From Batkoa obscura (taxonomy: Eukaryota): a stretch of DNA of 64,000 bases. Under the pieces are notes generated by a model. The model had not been told where the DNA came from and ran no database searches. It saw only the letters and a program-made list of their open reading frames with translations. Positions 50,675 through 64,000 of the stretch are shown piece after piece. The position numbers were made by a program, and so were the translations under genes. The DNA lies in NCBI GenBank assembly GCA_030770535.1, contig JASVEC010000028.1, forward strand, positions 310,001-374,000. Direction: 5' to 3'. The stretch's first letter is position 1, and every line of letters begins with the position of its first letter.

Positions 50675-50798
50675 TTTTATTAAAAAATAAAGATAAAATC
50701 CATTTATTTGTTAATTTTAAACCTTAAAGAAGTTTTATTTTTTCTTATTTTTTATTTTAAACAAATAAGAGTATATAAAATTTTATTTATTATTCTAA

Positions 50799-52305
50799 TT
50801 AATCTAATAATTTAGTCCAATCATAATTTCCCCAAGGAAATTTTTTGTTAAATTTATCTACTCTTAACCTATTTTCATTACTATCTTGATACTTTGGTTT
50901 ACGCCATAAACTTATATCTAAATCCAACATACCAGCAATAATTTCCTAAATAAAATATATATTAATAATCTCATAACCTTGTATCTAAATAAATATCCCC
51001 TTACCTTTCCAAAATAACTTTTGAATTTTTCACTTTCTTCAATAATATGTCCTAAACCACCATCCGGGTGAAACCAAACATGAAAATAAGGTAAATTCGA
51101 TGTCATTGATTTTCTAAATGTTCTTTCTTTAGTATTTATAATTTTCTTATGTTGTGACCATTCATCTGCTATGTCAATTAATCCTTCTTTAAAATAAGCA
51201 GTTGCATCTTGTGATAAATCCCATGGTAAAGGTATACATTCAATTACAGTATGTTTGAAGTGGTTTAAATTCATTACAGTTTCCATAAAGATTACCCCTT
51301 TTTCTAAAGTAGCAAACATACGCATTAGACTTTTCATGAAGTTCTATTTGATAATTATTAGTTGATATTTTTTGTTTCTTTTTAAATTAATAAGTAACAT
51401 AAACTTACTCGAATTTCATTCCAAGTAGCATCATCACAATCTAAACTTGATTTACAATGATCTCCAGGTATAATTAGACAATGACCTGGTACTAAATCTG
51501 TAACTGTAGGTAATGCAAGATATGCATTTTGACCCATAGAAATAATTGGAGCTATTGGGGCTTGTCCATTTTTAAAACAAAATTGACATTTATCTAAAGC
51601 TTCTTGATTTTTTTTATAATCTATAATAAAATTAAATAATAAATTCTTTTATCTATAGAGTGAATAGCTTACTTTTATAGTCAATATCTTTTTTATTATT
51701 TCTATTGTCTTTTGAAGCAAAATGTTCCGCTCTTTCTTCAATATATTCTAAATCATCTTTATATCCACCATCTCTACATATTTTATTTACCATATGTTTA
51801 ACTTGATCTCCGGATTTACTGTTTTTTTCTTCTCTTAATAATTCCATAATATCTTTATCTTCTTCTTTTTCTGACTAGTTATTATAAAAATAAATAAATG
51901 AAAATTTTAATTTTATGATTATATGAATGTAATTTACCTTTCTTTTTAATTTATTTGATTTATCTTCTGCATGTGTAAATCGATTACTAAAATTATGACT
52001 TACAAATTGTCGTTTTTTTTCCTTTTATACATTAATAAAACCAATGACAACTATTCGATATAACTATTTACCTGTTTATCCATCTCTTGCCTATCCGTTT
52101 CTAATTCTAAACTTAAGTCATCGTATTCTTTTTGTAATTTAGTAACTGAGTTTGATTTTAACATTTTAGCTTTTAATAACTTAGCTTTTAATTTGTTTAA
52201 TTGATTGGTTATATCAGCTACTCTGTTGCCTTCATTTCGTACATTTTCAATAGTAAGTATAGGTGATGGTGATCGACTTTCAACAACTTCAAGGGTGTTA
52301 TTCAT
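50799..52305 (-). CDS. CWF19: CWF19-like (CWF19L2/CwfJ C-terminal domains) splicing-associated protein, multi-exon
   Basis: CQFCF, GHCLIIP, DDATWNEIR-NFMKSLMRMF, HTVIECIPLP, EWSQHKK, LPYFHVWF..DGGLGHIIE, YDWTKLL*. Confidence 0.9.
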
Positions 52306-52446
52306 TTCTATATTTATTTCTTTGGTTTTTTAGTGAATTTTTAAAATAAAATAAAATAAAATAAAATATAACAAAACGAATTTTCTGAATATTCGAAAAC
52401 TAAAAACTCAGTTTTTTATTCTCTTTTATCAAACTAAAAAAGAATA

Positions 52447-53411
52447 ATGACTAGTGAACCTAATGAGCATATAGATACAGTAAAAATCCAATATGATTTA
52501 AGTAAATATGAAAAAAAAATAGAATCTTGGAATCAAGATATTACCAGTCCAGTCGAAAGATATTTCAATATTTATGAAGCAAGTAAGTTAACTATATTTT
52601 ATTAAACCCATCTTAATCTTTTATTTACATGATAGAAGCTAAACCCAACTCTCAATTTTCAAACCAAATGATCTATCAATCACCTAGTAGGTAATATAAA
52701 AAATAGTATTATTATTATTGTTTGTCTAAAATATAATGTATAAATAGTATCAGTTTAATCATGTTACATGAAACCCATCCTTTTCTCTCTTTAAAATCAC
52801 AATTATCATCTGTAAAATCCATCGAATTAGATATCAATAAAAACATTTTAGATAATCCAGCTATAGGAAAAAGAAAAAAAGGAGCTTATAAATTAGAACC
52901 AGATACCATATTGGTTACTATTCAAGTGAAATTGGAAAAAGAAGGGAAGATAGAGGAATTAAATTTCCCAATTGGAGCTAATTTATATGGTACTATTATT
53001 GAAATTAATAAAAAAATAATAGAAAAGCCGGAATTGTTGTTTGATAAGGTAAGTTTATTTGTTTGATGATTTATAATATTAATATATATATTAATATTTT
53101 ACTATTAGTATAACACGGAAGCTTATATTGCCATCATCTTACCTACCTTAGCAAAAAGTCCAATAAATGATCCCCCTGTAGAAATGATTGGAAAAAATCG
53201 AAAAGAAAAAGAAAAAGAAAATAATGAAGAAGATACTAATGATAATAGTAATTTAATAGAAATTAAAAGTAGTAAATTAAGTAAATATGATAAAAGAAGA
53301 ATGAAATATAATCAACAATTGATTAAAGATGCTGAAAATATTAATCATCCTTTAATTACGTTGAAAATTCCAATATTTGTTTTTGAGGGACAGAGTTTGG
53401 ATGAGGAATAA
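52447..53411 (+). CDS. Abitram/FAM206A-like protein (glycine-cleavage-H-like fold), 4 exons
   Basis: PVERYF, LHETHP, GKRKKGAYKLEPDT, GTIIEINKKIIEKPELL, EAYIAIILP. Confidence 0.72.
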
Positions 53412-53600
53412 ATATATATTTTAGAAAAACGTATAGTAAGTTTTGGGTAGTGATGGAGCGCAAACAAGTCAAAACTTGATATTTTTTTAAGATAAATAAA
53501 CAAATGTTATTGTTTTACTTCTCATAAACACGCATAATATACTATTAATGCATAGTTGAAATTTGGCTTCTAAAAAAACTTTTATTTTAAAAATATAAAA

Positions 53601-56600
53601 CTATTTAAATTGATAACAAAGGGCACAGTCATCCTTTATAGAATATAACCAAGCCATAGAATAAGTATCATTATCTACACATGTATTATAAGATAATAAG
53701 GTACTTCTAGCTAATTGTACTTGGGCTCTTTGATTCGATGGTAATGTATTTAACACTAGAATAATAATAATTAATTAAAGTAATTTATATAAATAATAAT
53801 AATAATAGTAAATAATGTTGGTTTAATTTAAACTTACTTTTTTTAAAACTATCTTCATCTTGCAATGAACATTCCAATATCTTTCTTAATCCTTCTCTTG
53901 ATAATTCCATAACTAAAACTGGAGTACCAGATTTAAACGCATTTTTACCAATCTTTAATACCGCTTCTAAAGCTAATCAATCCACACATTAATACACTTA
54001 TAAAAAAATACAATAATAGTTAACTTTCTTATTTAACTTACCTCTATCAAACAGTTGTCTTTTTCTTTTTGGATTCACTTTATTAGGTGCTGTGTTAATT
54101 AAATTTAAATTAAAGGTGGGTAATACATCTTCATCAATCATACAACTTGAACTTGAATTAATATTTAAATCGGATAAGCCTGATGATAATCCTAAATAAA
54201 TAAATAAAATTATCATTATTATTATTATTATTATTATTTATTATTAGTTTTAAACATTCAACTTTACCTTCATCATCTAACAAATATTTATTCCCAAATT
54301 CCATTTTTCTTCTTGTTGTAATACCCGCCGCTTGTAAATCTAATCGATGATTTTCAGCAATTTCATTAGCTAAATAATTTGCTAATTCCGCCAATGGAAC
54401 TAATTAAAAAATCAATCAATCATCCATAATTCATATAAAAAATAGCAAATAATCATTTACCTTCCACTTCTGATTTCAAATTAATATTTCTTACTTTAAC
54501 TGAATGTTCATCTTTTTTAGTAGATTTAACAAATACAATCCAATTCACTCCTAATATTTTATTATTTTGCAAATACAAATCTAAATTAAATTCGACTTCT
54601 TCTTCTCGTCGATAATCGCATCGTATTTGATGATTCCATAATTCTCGTGCTATATCTAATCTTTCTTCATATAATCCTTTACCAAATGATGTTATATAAA
54701 CATCCAACTAAAAATTATTAATTAATTAGACATTAATATTAATATGTTTAAATAATAATTTACAATTTTTGGTATCCAAATGTTCATATTACGATCTTCG
54801 TCCCCTTTTTTACTATTATTTTTTTGAGTTTCATATTGAGACAATAATAACGTAAGTTTTTGTAAAGCAATAGAAACCCCTACCCCATATTTCAATGGGA
54901 TAGTCGATGCTAGTGGACTTCTATACCTACTTAGAAGGGAATCATATCTCCCACCGACTGCCAAAATATCCCCTTTTTTACCATCTCTAATCATCCGAAA
55001 CATAATACCACTTTCATAATATTGTAAATTATACATATTAAAGGAATTAAAGATAATTTTTCGATTAATTCCTAATTTTTTACAATAATAAACTACTTTT
55101 TTTAAATGTTCGAATAATTTATCAATGGTTGCCTTATATCCTTTTAATAAACTCATTTTACGTAATTTATTATGACATAAATCTAAATCTCCAGTTGCAT
55201 ATAATAATAATAATTCCTCTACCATAGCTTTAGATAAATGACATCGACTTAATAATGATCTCACTTGTAATAATGTTTTTGGGGCTTCTAATTGAGATAA
55301 AATAACAGCCACATTAGCTCTTTTTTGTTTAGGTACTTTACAAGCATCCATTATAATTGTAGCTAATAATCCATGATTAATTTGAAAATAACAATCCGTT
55401 ACCATACTATTTGGTAAGGAATCCATAATTTCATCTACTATCTTCATGACTTCAGATTCAGAAACAATATCTTCTTTATTGGTTGTTATAATATCAAAAT
55501 CTGCTTCTTGGACTTCAATTAAGCTATCATCTTCCATATTCTGTCGATAAACTCGATCAAATATAAATCTTTTTAAGGTTAGAATATTACTACGGGACAC
55601 AAATCTTACAAATGGAAGGGTAAGATCATAAGGCATTTGAATAATATTGCCTGAAGGATCTAATAGATAAGCCGGTTTTTGAAATTCAGAAAATTTTTCT
55701 GATTTTGGTATCAATAATGGAACTATAAATTCCACTGCTCCATGACGTTTAAATATAACAGTCAATAACGAACGTATAAATTCAGAATAAATAGCAGCTG
55801 GTAATTCCCCATTATTTTTAGTTTTATGATCATAAACTAAATCTTTATGACGATCGATTGGTTGCGAAAATAAAGTATTCATTAATTTTCCATAGTGTGG
55901 GGTAGTTGGATTAGCTATTGTTCTTATACATTCTTGAATATATTCATCTTCTATACGTGTTGGTAATAAATTACTTTGTAATAATTCTAATGCTGTTGGT
56001 CTTTCTTTTTCATTATGATTTAATAAACTTTGTATAATTTTAGCTTGTATTTTTAAAGTAGATGGAAAATTTTGTGGAAACAAAATTGTTGGTAATCTTA
56101 AATCTCTTAATATCATGGCCCTTTCCATCCCCGTAGAAAATGGATAAATCATTTCAAAAAATATAATACCTAAAGAATACATATCTACTTTTTGATTATA
56201 TCTTGCTGTTTTTGATACAACTTCAGGTGACATGTAAAAGGAAGTACCAACTTCTGATGTCATGGATCCATTATAAATTTCATAACTAATCCTTCTAGAT
56301 CCAATACCTTCTGACATACTATTACTTGAAGTTGCTAATCCAAAATCACCAATTTTAACATCCCCATTAGCAGCTAAAAATAAATTGCTTGGTTTAAGGT
56401 CTCGATGAATCATACCTTGACTATGTAAGTGATCCAGTCCTTCTAATATTTGTCTTAATATTCTCCAACATTCATCAATACTAATAGATTCGTCAATTAC
56501 ATCCCTTAATGTATTTTTATCACAATACTCCATTTGAATATATAAACATCTATATGATAATCCACTACTTTGACTATTTGATTCAGAATCATAATATGAA

Positions 56601-59600
56601 TTATCATCATATGATTCAGTATACCCACTTTGACTTCTTTTAAATCTTATTGGCATTGATTTTTTTATACTAAAACTAGTCGATTTTTCTGTATATAAAA
56701 AATCACCTTCTACACCATCCATGTCACTAACTTCACTATCACTTTCTTCACTATCTGAATTATCTTCTGATGTATCTTCATCCCATGCTCCATTACCGTC
56801 TATAATAATTTATTAATAATTTGTTATTTTATTTATTAAAAACATGAACTTACTTTCTAACCAAGCAGTATAATATCTAACAATATATTGATGATGTAAT
56901 CTAGATAAGGCTGATACTTCTCTTAATATTTTTCTACTATTTTCTGTATCTTTTGTATCTAATTTTACTTTTTTTATCTAAAATTCATTTAGTGTTATAT
57001 TCATAAATCAAATTAATTAATTAATTTACAGCATAAATTCTAGAAAAATAAATTAGTAAATTATATAATAATTTAAAATATAACTTAAATTACCTTCCAT
57101 CAAGTTTATTTCTTGCTTTGACAACTTCACCAAATCCACCTAGTAAATAAATAAACATTAACTATATTATTTATATTATTATAATTACCTCTACCCAAAA
57201 ATTGTAATTCTTCAAAATCATTTTCATATCTTGATATTGATTTTGTTAAATTTTGAGCTTGTTCCATCATTGATTTATATTGAAAAGAATTACTTGGGTT
57301 AGATTCTGGCGAACTAGCCATTATTAGTTGTTGTGTTTTATTAGATCCATTTGAATTAGGATTGTTCAAATGTTCTATTAATATAAAATATAAGATCAAT
57401 TGAATTATAATATTATTTAATAATGATATTTAAACTACCTGAAAATGGTACCATAACAGTTTCATTTTTTAAAAATGGATGAGCTAATATTTTATTTAAT
57501 TTAGGTCGATCTCTTGCATTTCTTTTTTTAAAATATAATTAGATTACAAGCAATTAAAGATTAAAAAGTAAACAACTTACATTTGAAGCATTGAATTAAT
57601 TAAATCACGAGCATGAATATCAAAATAACCAAAAGCTAATATATTTCATTAGATTTTCTATTATAATGTAAACAACCTTACAAGTTTCTAATAAATCCGT
57701 TAATGAAGTATAAGAATCAAGTATTTTTGGACCAAGTAACATTTCAACTAATACAATTCCTAAATCCCAAATATCTCCTTGACTTTTATCATGTTAACTA
57801 TCATTAAATTAAAAAAAATTAAATTAAAACTTACCTATCAAGTTCTGTTTCACATCTAGATTCAGGAGGTGCCCTATTTTGATTAATATTGATTTCTTTT
57901 ATAAAAAATAATAATGAATTACCATTTCGAATCATTTGCAAAACATCCCTCATTAAGATCTGATTAAATTCAATTTAATAAAATAATATTTATTATCATT
58001 ATTATTGTATTTACTTGTAGAATATTGTAAATAATTTCTAGAAATTAATTTAACAGAAGAATAAACCTGATCAAAATAAGATTCCATATTTGAATTTTCA
58101 ATAGTTTCTTCTTCACAATCTAAGATAATTTTATCGGTACGAATATCTAAAAAAAATCATCATTAATAAAAACTATTATTTTAATCTCGTAAAAATTTCC
58201 TTACAATTATAATTAATATTATTTAAATGTAAAACTTGTACTGCTTTAATTAATTCTTTAAAATAGACTCTAGCTAAATTAATACTCAAAGGTCCACACT
58301 TTTTTAATGAATTTTTTAAACTGGAAGATAATAATCGAGTTTCTTGTAATATTAATAATTTCCAAGAGATATTATTTAAATCTAGATCATCCACTTTAAA
58401 TTCATAAATCATTAAGATACCTGGGTGACGTATATTTTTTAATTTTTCTAAAGTATCTTCAATTTTTCGTAACTATTTAAAACTTAAGTTAATAAAATGC
58501 ATATTAATATTAACTTATAAAATTACATCTTCGATTGCTTGAATTTTATTTTCTGTTTGCGGAAATAAGATAATTTCTTCAATTAATAAGGGTGGTGTTG
58601 TTGTATCTCCATTTGTTATTGGATTATATGGTAATGCAAAATATGTTTTACAATATTTATCTTTCTTCTTTTAGAATTTAAATAAACTATAAAATATACT
58701 AAAAGTTACCTTTGGATATACAAGGTCCCAAAGTTACAGCTAAGAAAGTCAATGGCTATATAATTTATTTTTCAAAAAAAGAGTACATTAATTAATAGAA
58801 ATTCTAATTACCTGTGAATGGGAAGGATTAAAATAAATATTAATTGGACGATCAAATTCAATTAGCGAACCTAAGTTATATTCTGTTTTAATTAATTTTC
58901 TTTTTAATCTTTCTTCTTGCAATTTTTGTTCTTTTTTAAATAACTCCGCTTCAAGTGCTTTAGATAATGTTTCTTTTTCAATTTCTTCTTTTTCTTTTTC
59001 TAATCGTAATATTCTTTCATATTCTTTTTGGGCTTTTTCTTCTTCTTCCTAATATTAAGTCTATAAATCTAATTCGAAATTAATTAGAAATAAAATCTCT
59101 TACTTTAATCGATTTCTCTTGTCTTTCAATCATTTGTTGATGAAATGAACTAGTTTTATCATCCACATGGTTATTGGTAATATATTCCAAAACTAAATCA
59201 CATAAATCAAATACCATTTCGGAACCCAATAACTCTTGAGTTTTATTTTTGATCATTTTTTTAAGCTCATTATATTGAATTTCCGACAACCCTTTTGGAG
59301 ATTCTAAAAATATTTCTGGGGCTATTACTGGATAAGCTGGTGGAAACCTGAAATATTTGATTACTCTATTTTATTTTATTTTGAATAATGATGTTCAAAT
59401 TACTTGATATTTACATAGATCTCTACATTATCTCGTATACTTTCATCCATTGGTTTGATTTTGATTTTAAACTCTTTATATTTTTTTGATACCTAATGAT
59501 ATTTCAGTTAATTATATTAAACCATTTATTTAAATCTCCATTTTACCTTCCAAGATCGAACATTAGATTCAATAATTTCAAAATCATCCTACAAAAATTA

Positions 59601-59701
59601 TATAAAATCCATTAACAAATAGAATACAAAGCTACCATATAAATCGCTTTTAAAGCTTCAATTTCATTTTCTTGAATTTCATTACAATTCATATCTTTCA
59701 T
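53601..59701 (-). CDS. GCN2: eIF2-alpha kinase Gcn2 (RWD, pseudokinase, kinase, HisRS-like domains), many exons
   Basis: EIQENEIEALKAIY (RWD), SRYENDFEELQFLGRG-GFG, LYIQMEYC, HRDLKPSN, KIGDFGLA, VGTSFYMSPE, MPYDLTLPF, AVGGRYD. Confidence 0.96.
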
Positions 59702-60581
59702 CTTTAACTAAGCTTTTAAAGAAAAAGCTCAATTAAAAAATGAATTTTTCGGAATTTGTTGATTTTTTGTTTATCATGAAGTTAAAAACTTGATGAGTAA
59801 ATCTGAGAGGAAGTGACTGGACTATTTGTTAATTTATGCTCAGGATTTGTTGGGCTCTAGAAATTAGCAGGTGAAAGTTAGAAATTTATTAGATTAAAAT
59901 TCAAAATTTATTTGAAATATACTCTGATGATTGAACTTGATATTACATTAAAAACTTATATATTCGTTGAATAGACAAAGTAGTCATAAAGGTAGCCAGT
60001 ATTATTAAAAGTATTAAAAGTATTAAAAAACTGGTTACTATAAAACAAAGCTGGATTCCATTACATTGAGTTTTCTTATTTCTTTTTAGATTCTTATCAG
60101 TGTAAACACTGAATATCCCATAGATTTTTTTAATGAAATATGGCTTTATATCTGATTATCAAAATTCACTAATAAACTCACTAACTTGGTAATTTTAATA
60201 TTCCTTTGAGGTTTTATAGAGAAAAGCATATTTTATTTATAGATTCTAATATTATATTTCACGAGGCACCTATGTATATTTTTAATAACTTTAATACTTG
60301 AATGTTTATAACTATAAATCCCCCACTATTTTATAATAACATCAACCCCTTCTACTAAGATTATATATTATAAAAGAAATAGACAAACATCTTTTGATAG
60401 TAATTTTTTCAATTTTAATTGAATTTTACTTACCATATTTAGAATTCTTGATTTTTAAACTCACTAAAAATTTTAAAATCTTGATTTTATATTAAATATC
60501 ATTGTACAATTATTTTAAATAATAATGAAATAAAGTTAACGATAGCTGTTATTCACAAAACTATAACAATGCGTTATATAA

Positions 60582-61202
60582 CTAATTAAGAGATTGATAA
60601 GCAGGTAGTGAGTCAACAGCTTGATTATAAATTGGTGGGACATAAATCACTCTCTCTGTTTGAGGTTGAGGGTCTGCCTACTCATTTGTTGTTTGGTCTC
60701 TTGCTCCTATAAATGTTTAAAAACAAGTGACTGTACGGTTACTTAATTTTCTATAACTTTGTTTACTATAAACGGATTTTAAATAATGAGCTAGAAACTA
60801 AATTTTTATTAATCAAAGATAGAAGTTAGAAAACAAAAGGCTCACATAAAGTTGAATACCAAAACCAAGTATAAATAATGCAGTGGTAGCTAATAGGGAA
60901 GAAAGTAAATGCATCCTGCTTCCAAATATTATCATAACTCTGAATACTGCTCCAAATAGTATAGGTAAAACTAAAAACATTCGAAAGCAATAAGTGCTTA
61001 TTATTGCTCCTTTTAATTCTTTTTTTAGATTCATATCATCATACACCATTACTTTATAGCATACCTCGTCAAGATTACATTTGAATTTGTACTCTGGTCC
61101 TAATTCTAATCTTTTTAATGGATGAGTAGTTGTATCAATAGGTTCTGACAGTGAACTATTATGGCTGATTGTAGATAACCCAACAACACTCTCTAGGCTC
61201 AT
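60582..61202 (-). pseudogene. Two-TM PPxY family member 4, two in-frame stops in exon 2
   Basis: Exon 1 open; exon 2 reads FLAHYLKSVYSKQSY...TCF*TF...NE*ADPQPQTERVIYVPPIY...LPAY. Confidence 0.72.
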
Positions 61203-61782
61203 AGTCTGAGTATAGTTATTGGCTGATCTTTTTTATTAATTCAAATGAAACTAGTTATTGTTTTCTATATTTAAATTTTTTGAATTCAACCCAATAAATT
61301 TGAGTTTTATAATAATCCTTCTATTTATCTGTTTATTTTTCTATTTTACTTAATGATATATTGATAAAGAATCATTTCGTCGCCACCTGGGGGTTCAACT
61401 AGCTGTTATGCACATAGAATAACCAATCAGGAGCAAAACAAAAGAAAATATAAGAACTATGATAATGCTATAGTTGAACCTATCTAATTAAAAGGTTATT
61501 TTATTTGAAAATTTAAAATATAAAGTTAAACTTTGCTTGCAACTAAGATCGTTTTAGCTCTTTAAACTATGGTACAAACATTAAATTATTTTAATTAATT
61601 TTACATTAAAACAATACCACTAATTATATTCAAAACTTTCACTAAAGTGAATGTTATTTTATTCTGTTTACATACGCTAATGATTTAAATGATAACCCAT
61701 TTCAGGGCAAACTACCATTAATTACTTTTAGAAAAAAGTATCCATGAACAAAAACACCAACAAAGCAAAACACAATTTCATT

Positions 61783-62414
61783 TTAAATATTAAACGAGTT
61801 GTTATTAGTGGATTCGTAGGCAGGTGGTGCTTTAGCAGCTTGACTATAAAGTGGTGGGGGTAGTGTATAAGTCACCCTCTCACTTTCATCTTGATAATCT
61901 ACCAACTGGCCCCTTTCTCTTCTATCTATCTCAATACGAGTAATTGTACTTTTATTTAATTTCATATAACTTTGTTTGCTATGAGCAGATGTTAAATAAT
62001 GCATTAAATACTAAAAGTTCTATTAGCTCAAAACAAAATGTAAAAAATTAAACTTACATAAACTTGAAAACTCAGAGTAGAGATAAAGAATATAAAGATA
62101 GCTAATAGATAATAAATAAAGTACTCTTTACCTAAAAATAGATATAAAGCTCCAAAAACTACTCCAGATATTAAAGGTAAGATTATAAATATTCGCAAGC
62201 AATAGGTACGTAGTATCACCCTTTTTAATTCCTTTTTTTGATTCGTATCGCCATGCATTATTATGCTATAACAAGCTTGATCAAGAGTAAATTTTAAAGT
62301 GTAATGAGATTTTAGTTTAAACCCGTGTGATAGACCATTAGTTGTACTAATAGATTCTGATTGTGGCATATCATTATTAATTATAGATAATTGAACAGTG
62401 TTTTGTAGACTCAT
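61783..62414 (-). CDS. Two-TM PPxY family member 5 (intron 62057-62011)
   Basis: Same conserved block and intron position; tail PPLY, PPAY. Confidence 0.82.
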
Positions 62415-63256
62415 AGGCTGAGTATAGTTATTGATTAATTTAAAATTTTAAAATATAAGTGAACTTCTTTTAGTAAATCAATTAAAATAATTTTTTTCTC
62501 TGTATTTAAACTGACTGAACGAACCAAATAAATAGCTTTTTTGAAATTAATCTTCTATTTATGATTTTTCTTCTATTTTACTTAATGGCATATTAATGAA
62601 GAAGTATTTTGCCGCCAATTAACCACAAACAGCTCTAAAAAGGGTTCTTATAAGGTTTATGGAAAGTTTATGAAACCATTAATAAAAATAAAAAAAAAAG
62701 TAGTTAAAAGTGTGAAGTCATAAAAGAAAGTATAACTTTTATCTATTTCTTTTCGGTGTAATAAGTTTACAAACACTTTCTTTTTAACTTTAAAAGTAAT
62801 TTTTGTTGATAAATTAATAGACATAAAGTACTCTCACAACTTAAACAAATAATAACCCCTGTGACTTTTAAAGAATACTAAAACCTACGTAGTGATAGGT
62901 CTGAATTACACCTTTATACTAGCATTTTCATTTTTTTCATTTTGTTTAATAAATTTTAAAGTTACTAATATTATGTCTACTTTTGAAGTTTTAAAAAGTA
63001 TTAATTTAATTTGAAATTGTACATGTTAAACGCTTCAAAAAAGTTGTTATAAAATCATATCTTTTATTGATGTAAATCTTCAAGTATGTATTTATATCAC
63101 AAGGCCTTGTTTTAATATACTAAACCCTGATTGCTAGAAAAATTATATTATAAGATATTTTAAAGCTATAATTTAATGCAATTATTATATAAGAACTTTA
63201 TTATTTTTATGTTCAGTTTTCTTATTCAAGCCAATTAAAAGCTAGAAAAAGTATAT

Positions 63257-63352
63257 GAGATGTATTTTTTTAAGAATTTTACTAACAATCTTTCCGCTCA
63301 AATAAATAGCCCTTAAAAAATGGAAAAAGTAATGAAACCAAAAAAAATCCCT
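63257..63352 (+). mobile_element. ~100-bp MITE
   Basis: ATAT|GAGATGTATTTTTT...GGAAAAAGTAATGAAACCAAAAAAAATCCCT|ATAT. Confidence 0.82.
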
Positions 63353-63608
63353 ATATGATTTCTGCTTAATTTTTAAAAAATTATAAAAAATATCATTGAT
63401 TGTATTTATGATGGTAGCATTTTATTGATTTTATAATTGCTAACACTATTTTATTATTTAGAAATATTTGGTTTATTTTAATCATTGACTTTAATTTATT
63501 ATAGTGAATAATATTTGTCGATATCAATTTAAAAAATTTATTCGCAATAGACTAAAGCTTTTTAATAAGGTTTTATATAATTTTGTAATCACTTTTAAAA
63601 TAATATAT

Positions 63609-63707
63609 GGGGGTGTTTCTTTTGGCTTCATCACTTTTTCCATCTTTTAAGCGCTATTTGAGCGGAAAAATTGTTAGTAAAATTCTTAAACAAAAAAATA
63701 TATCCTC
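63609..63707 (-). mobile_element. ~100-bp MITE with ATAT TSD
   Basis: ATAT|GGGGGTGT...ATATCCTC|ATAT. Confidence 0.9.
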
Positions 63708-64000
63708 ATATAAGGATTTTTAAATAACCCTCATTTAGACTTTAAAATTTCGTGGCTTATTTAAATATATTAATATCATTTTGTTCATAACCATAAATAT
63801 ATCTTGGTATATAAAATCATATTCACAGCTCTTAACAATCCGGTACAGTTCCTTTTATTATTATTTTAATATAATTTTATTATAGATATTATCATATCTG
63901 TTATAATTAAATAGAAAAATATAAACATCATTATCAATATCAGTGGCAGTATTATAAGCATTCTGAAGATATAAATATGCATTATTACTCTTTTCAATTC

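Overview
Very AT-rich eukaryotic genomic DNA with many short GT-AG introns. Gene content and codon usage suggest an early-diverging fungus (inference). About 20 host genes are recognisable: a TVP15/COPI-associated protein, RPL35, GAR1, eIF6, a TPR-like protein, PSP1, folylpolyglutamate synthase, LSM1, CK2-beta, a CLC channel, ceramide glucosyltransferase, CWF19, an Abitram-like protein and GCN2. There is also an EF-Tu-like protein reduced to its G domain, a HARE-HTH protein with an RVxF motif, and a five-member two-TM PPxY family. Repeats include 14 copies of a ~100-bp MITE that targets ATAT, three solo LTRs, and a 4.6-kb Sola2-like DNA transposon with ~500-bp TIRs (44809-49436). The most striking structure is inside that transposon. 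An LTR of the same family as the solo LTRs is split by a 1.7-kb intronless, foreign-looking cargo: a 433-aa orphan ORF overlapping (ATGA) a bacterial YqjZ-type ABM monooxygenase gene. The cargo is flanked by an exact 53-bp duplication of LTR sequence, which suggests gene capture by an LTR element. Repeat copies diverge mainly by C>T/G>A changes, many at CpA, resembling RIP. All protein-family calls come from motif recognition only; no database searches were run.
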